Positions 63,531-64,000 of a DNA stretch of 64,000 nucleotides are shown piece by piece. Position 1 is the first letter of the stretch; each line of letters starts with the position of its first letter. The position numbers and the translations under genes are program-made. The notes below the pieces were generated by a model, which saw only the letters and a program-made list of their open reading frames with translations, searched no databases and was not told where the DNA came from. This DNA comes from Chiloscyllium plagiosum (Eukaryota), in assembly GCF_004010195.1 (NCBI RefSeq), contig NC_057753.1, forward strand, positions 940,330 to 1,004,329, given 5' to 3'.

Positions 63531-64000
63531 CGTTCTCTGCAGTATTTGGTTGTGCATTGGCTGTTTCGTTAAACGGGAGAAACACAGTGCTGTATAATAT
63601 CCTGCTCGTGCATACTGATAGTGGTTTCAGTAACTCGAGTGGATTCCTCAGGTCATGTTACGGGGTGTCTACCCATGTTTGGCATTACCTGTGAATTGAA
63701 GAATGATGCTGCGACTGAAATGGACTCTGTACATGCATAATCTTGTATGATTCGATGACAATACAAATTGCTAAGCATTTGTATGTGGCGTCTGTTCTCG
63801 TTTATTGAGGTATTTGTGACATTACGTGCTGGTTCATTTGTGAACTGTGTAAGCGGCCATGCTATGTCAGCGATTTGAAGCGTTAGTTTTGAATCAGATA
63901 GTACCACAATTGCAGTTCTATCTACCTTTCAAGTTCTCAATCGAGTTCAACAGTGCCGAAATATCTGCTTGCCTTCTTAATCCATCATTTTCCATCTTCT

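Noticed and set aside
1-64000. CRISPR arrays, rRNA or prokaryotic systems
   Set aside because: The sequence is intron-containing vertebrate DNA with no regularly spaced repeat-spacer array or operon-like ORF density.

Overview
Eukaryotic, AT-rich, repeat-dense genomic DNA from a cartilaginous fish; the V, J and repeat families suggest a carpet or bamboo shark (Orectolobiformes), which is an inference. The only host gene I can support is one cluster-type IgNAR (heavy-chain-only antibody) locus on the + strand, 39779-60465. It runs promoter (octamer and TATA), leader exon, VNAR exon with 22-bp RSS, one free D segment (12/22 RSS), a J preceded by a 12-bp RSS (apparently a germline-joined D-J), then C1, C2, C3, C4 and C5 with secretory tailpiece. 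The main result is that C1, C4 and C5 are intact 321-nt phase-1 exons, while C2 (in-frame TAA, indels) and C3 (~90-nt deletion removing the first Cys, frameshift, GT>AT donor) are dead. The cluster therefore looks genomically committed to a short V-C1-C4-C5 IgNAR. Its V(D)J region is reduced or pre-joined and has an unusual cysteine pattern. No transmembrane exons were found in the window. The rest is CR1-type LINE fragments, HE1-type SINEs, a Penelope-like GIY-YIG fragment with several short palindromic derivatives carrying hammerhead-ribozyme cores, a Tigger-like MITE, a Rex/Babar 3' end and one 152-N gap. Most ORFs in the supplied track are spurious or LINE remnants. Repeat boundaries without stated target-site duplications are approximate, and homology calls rest on recalled sequences, not database searches.
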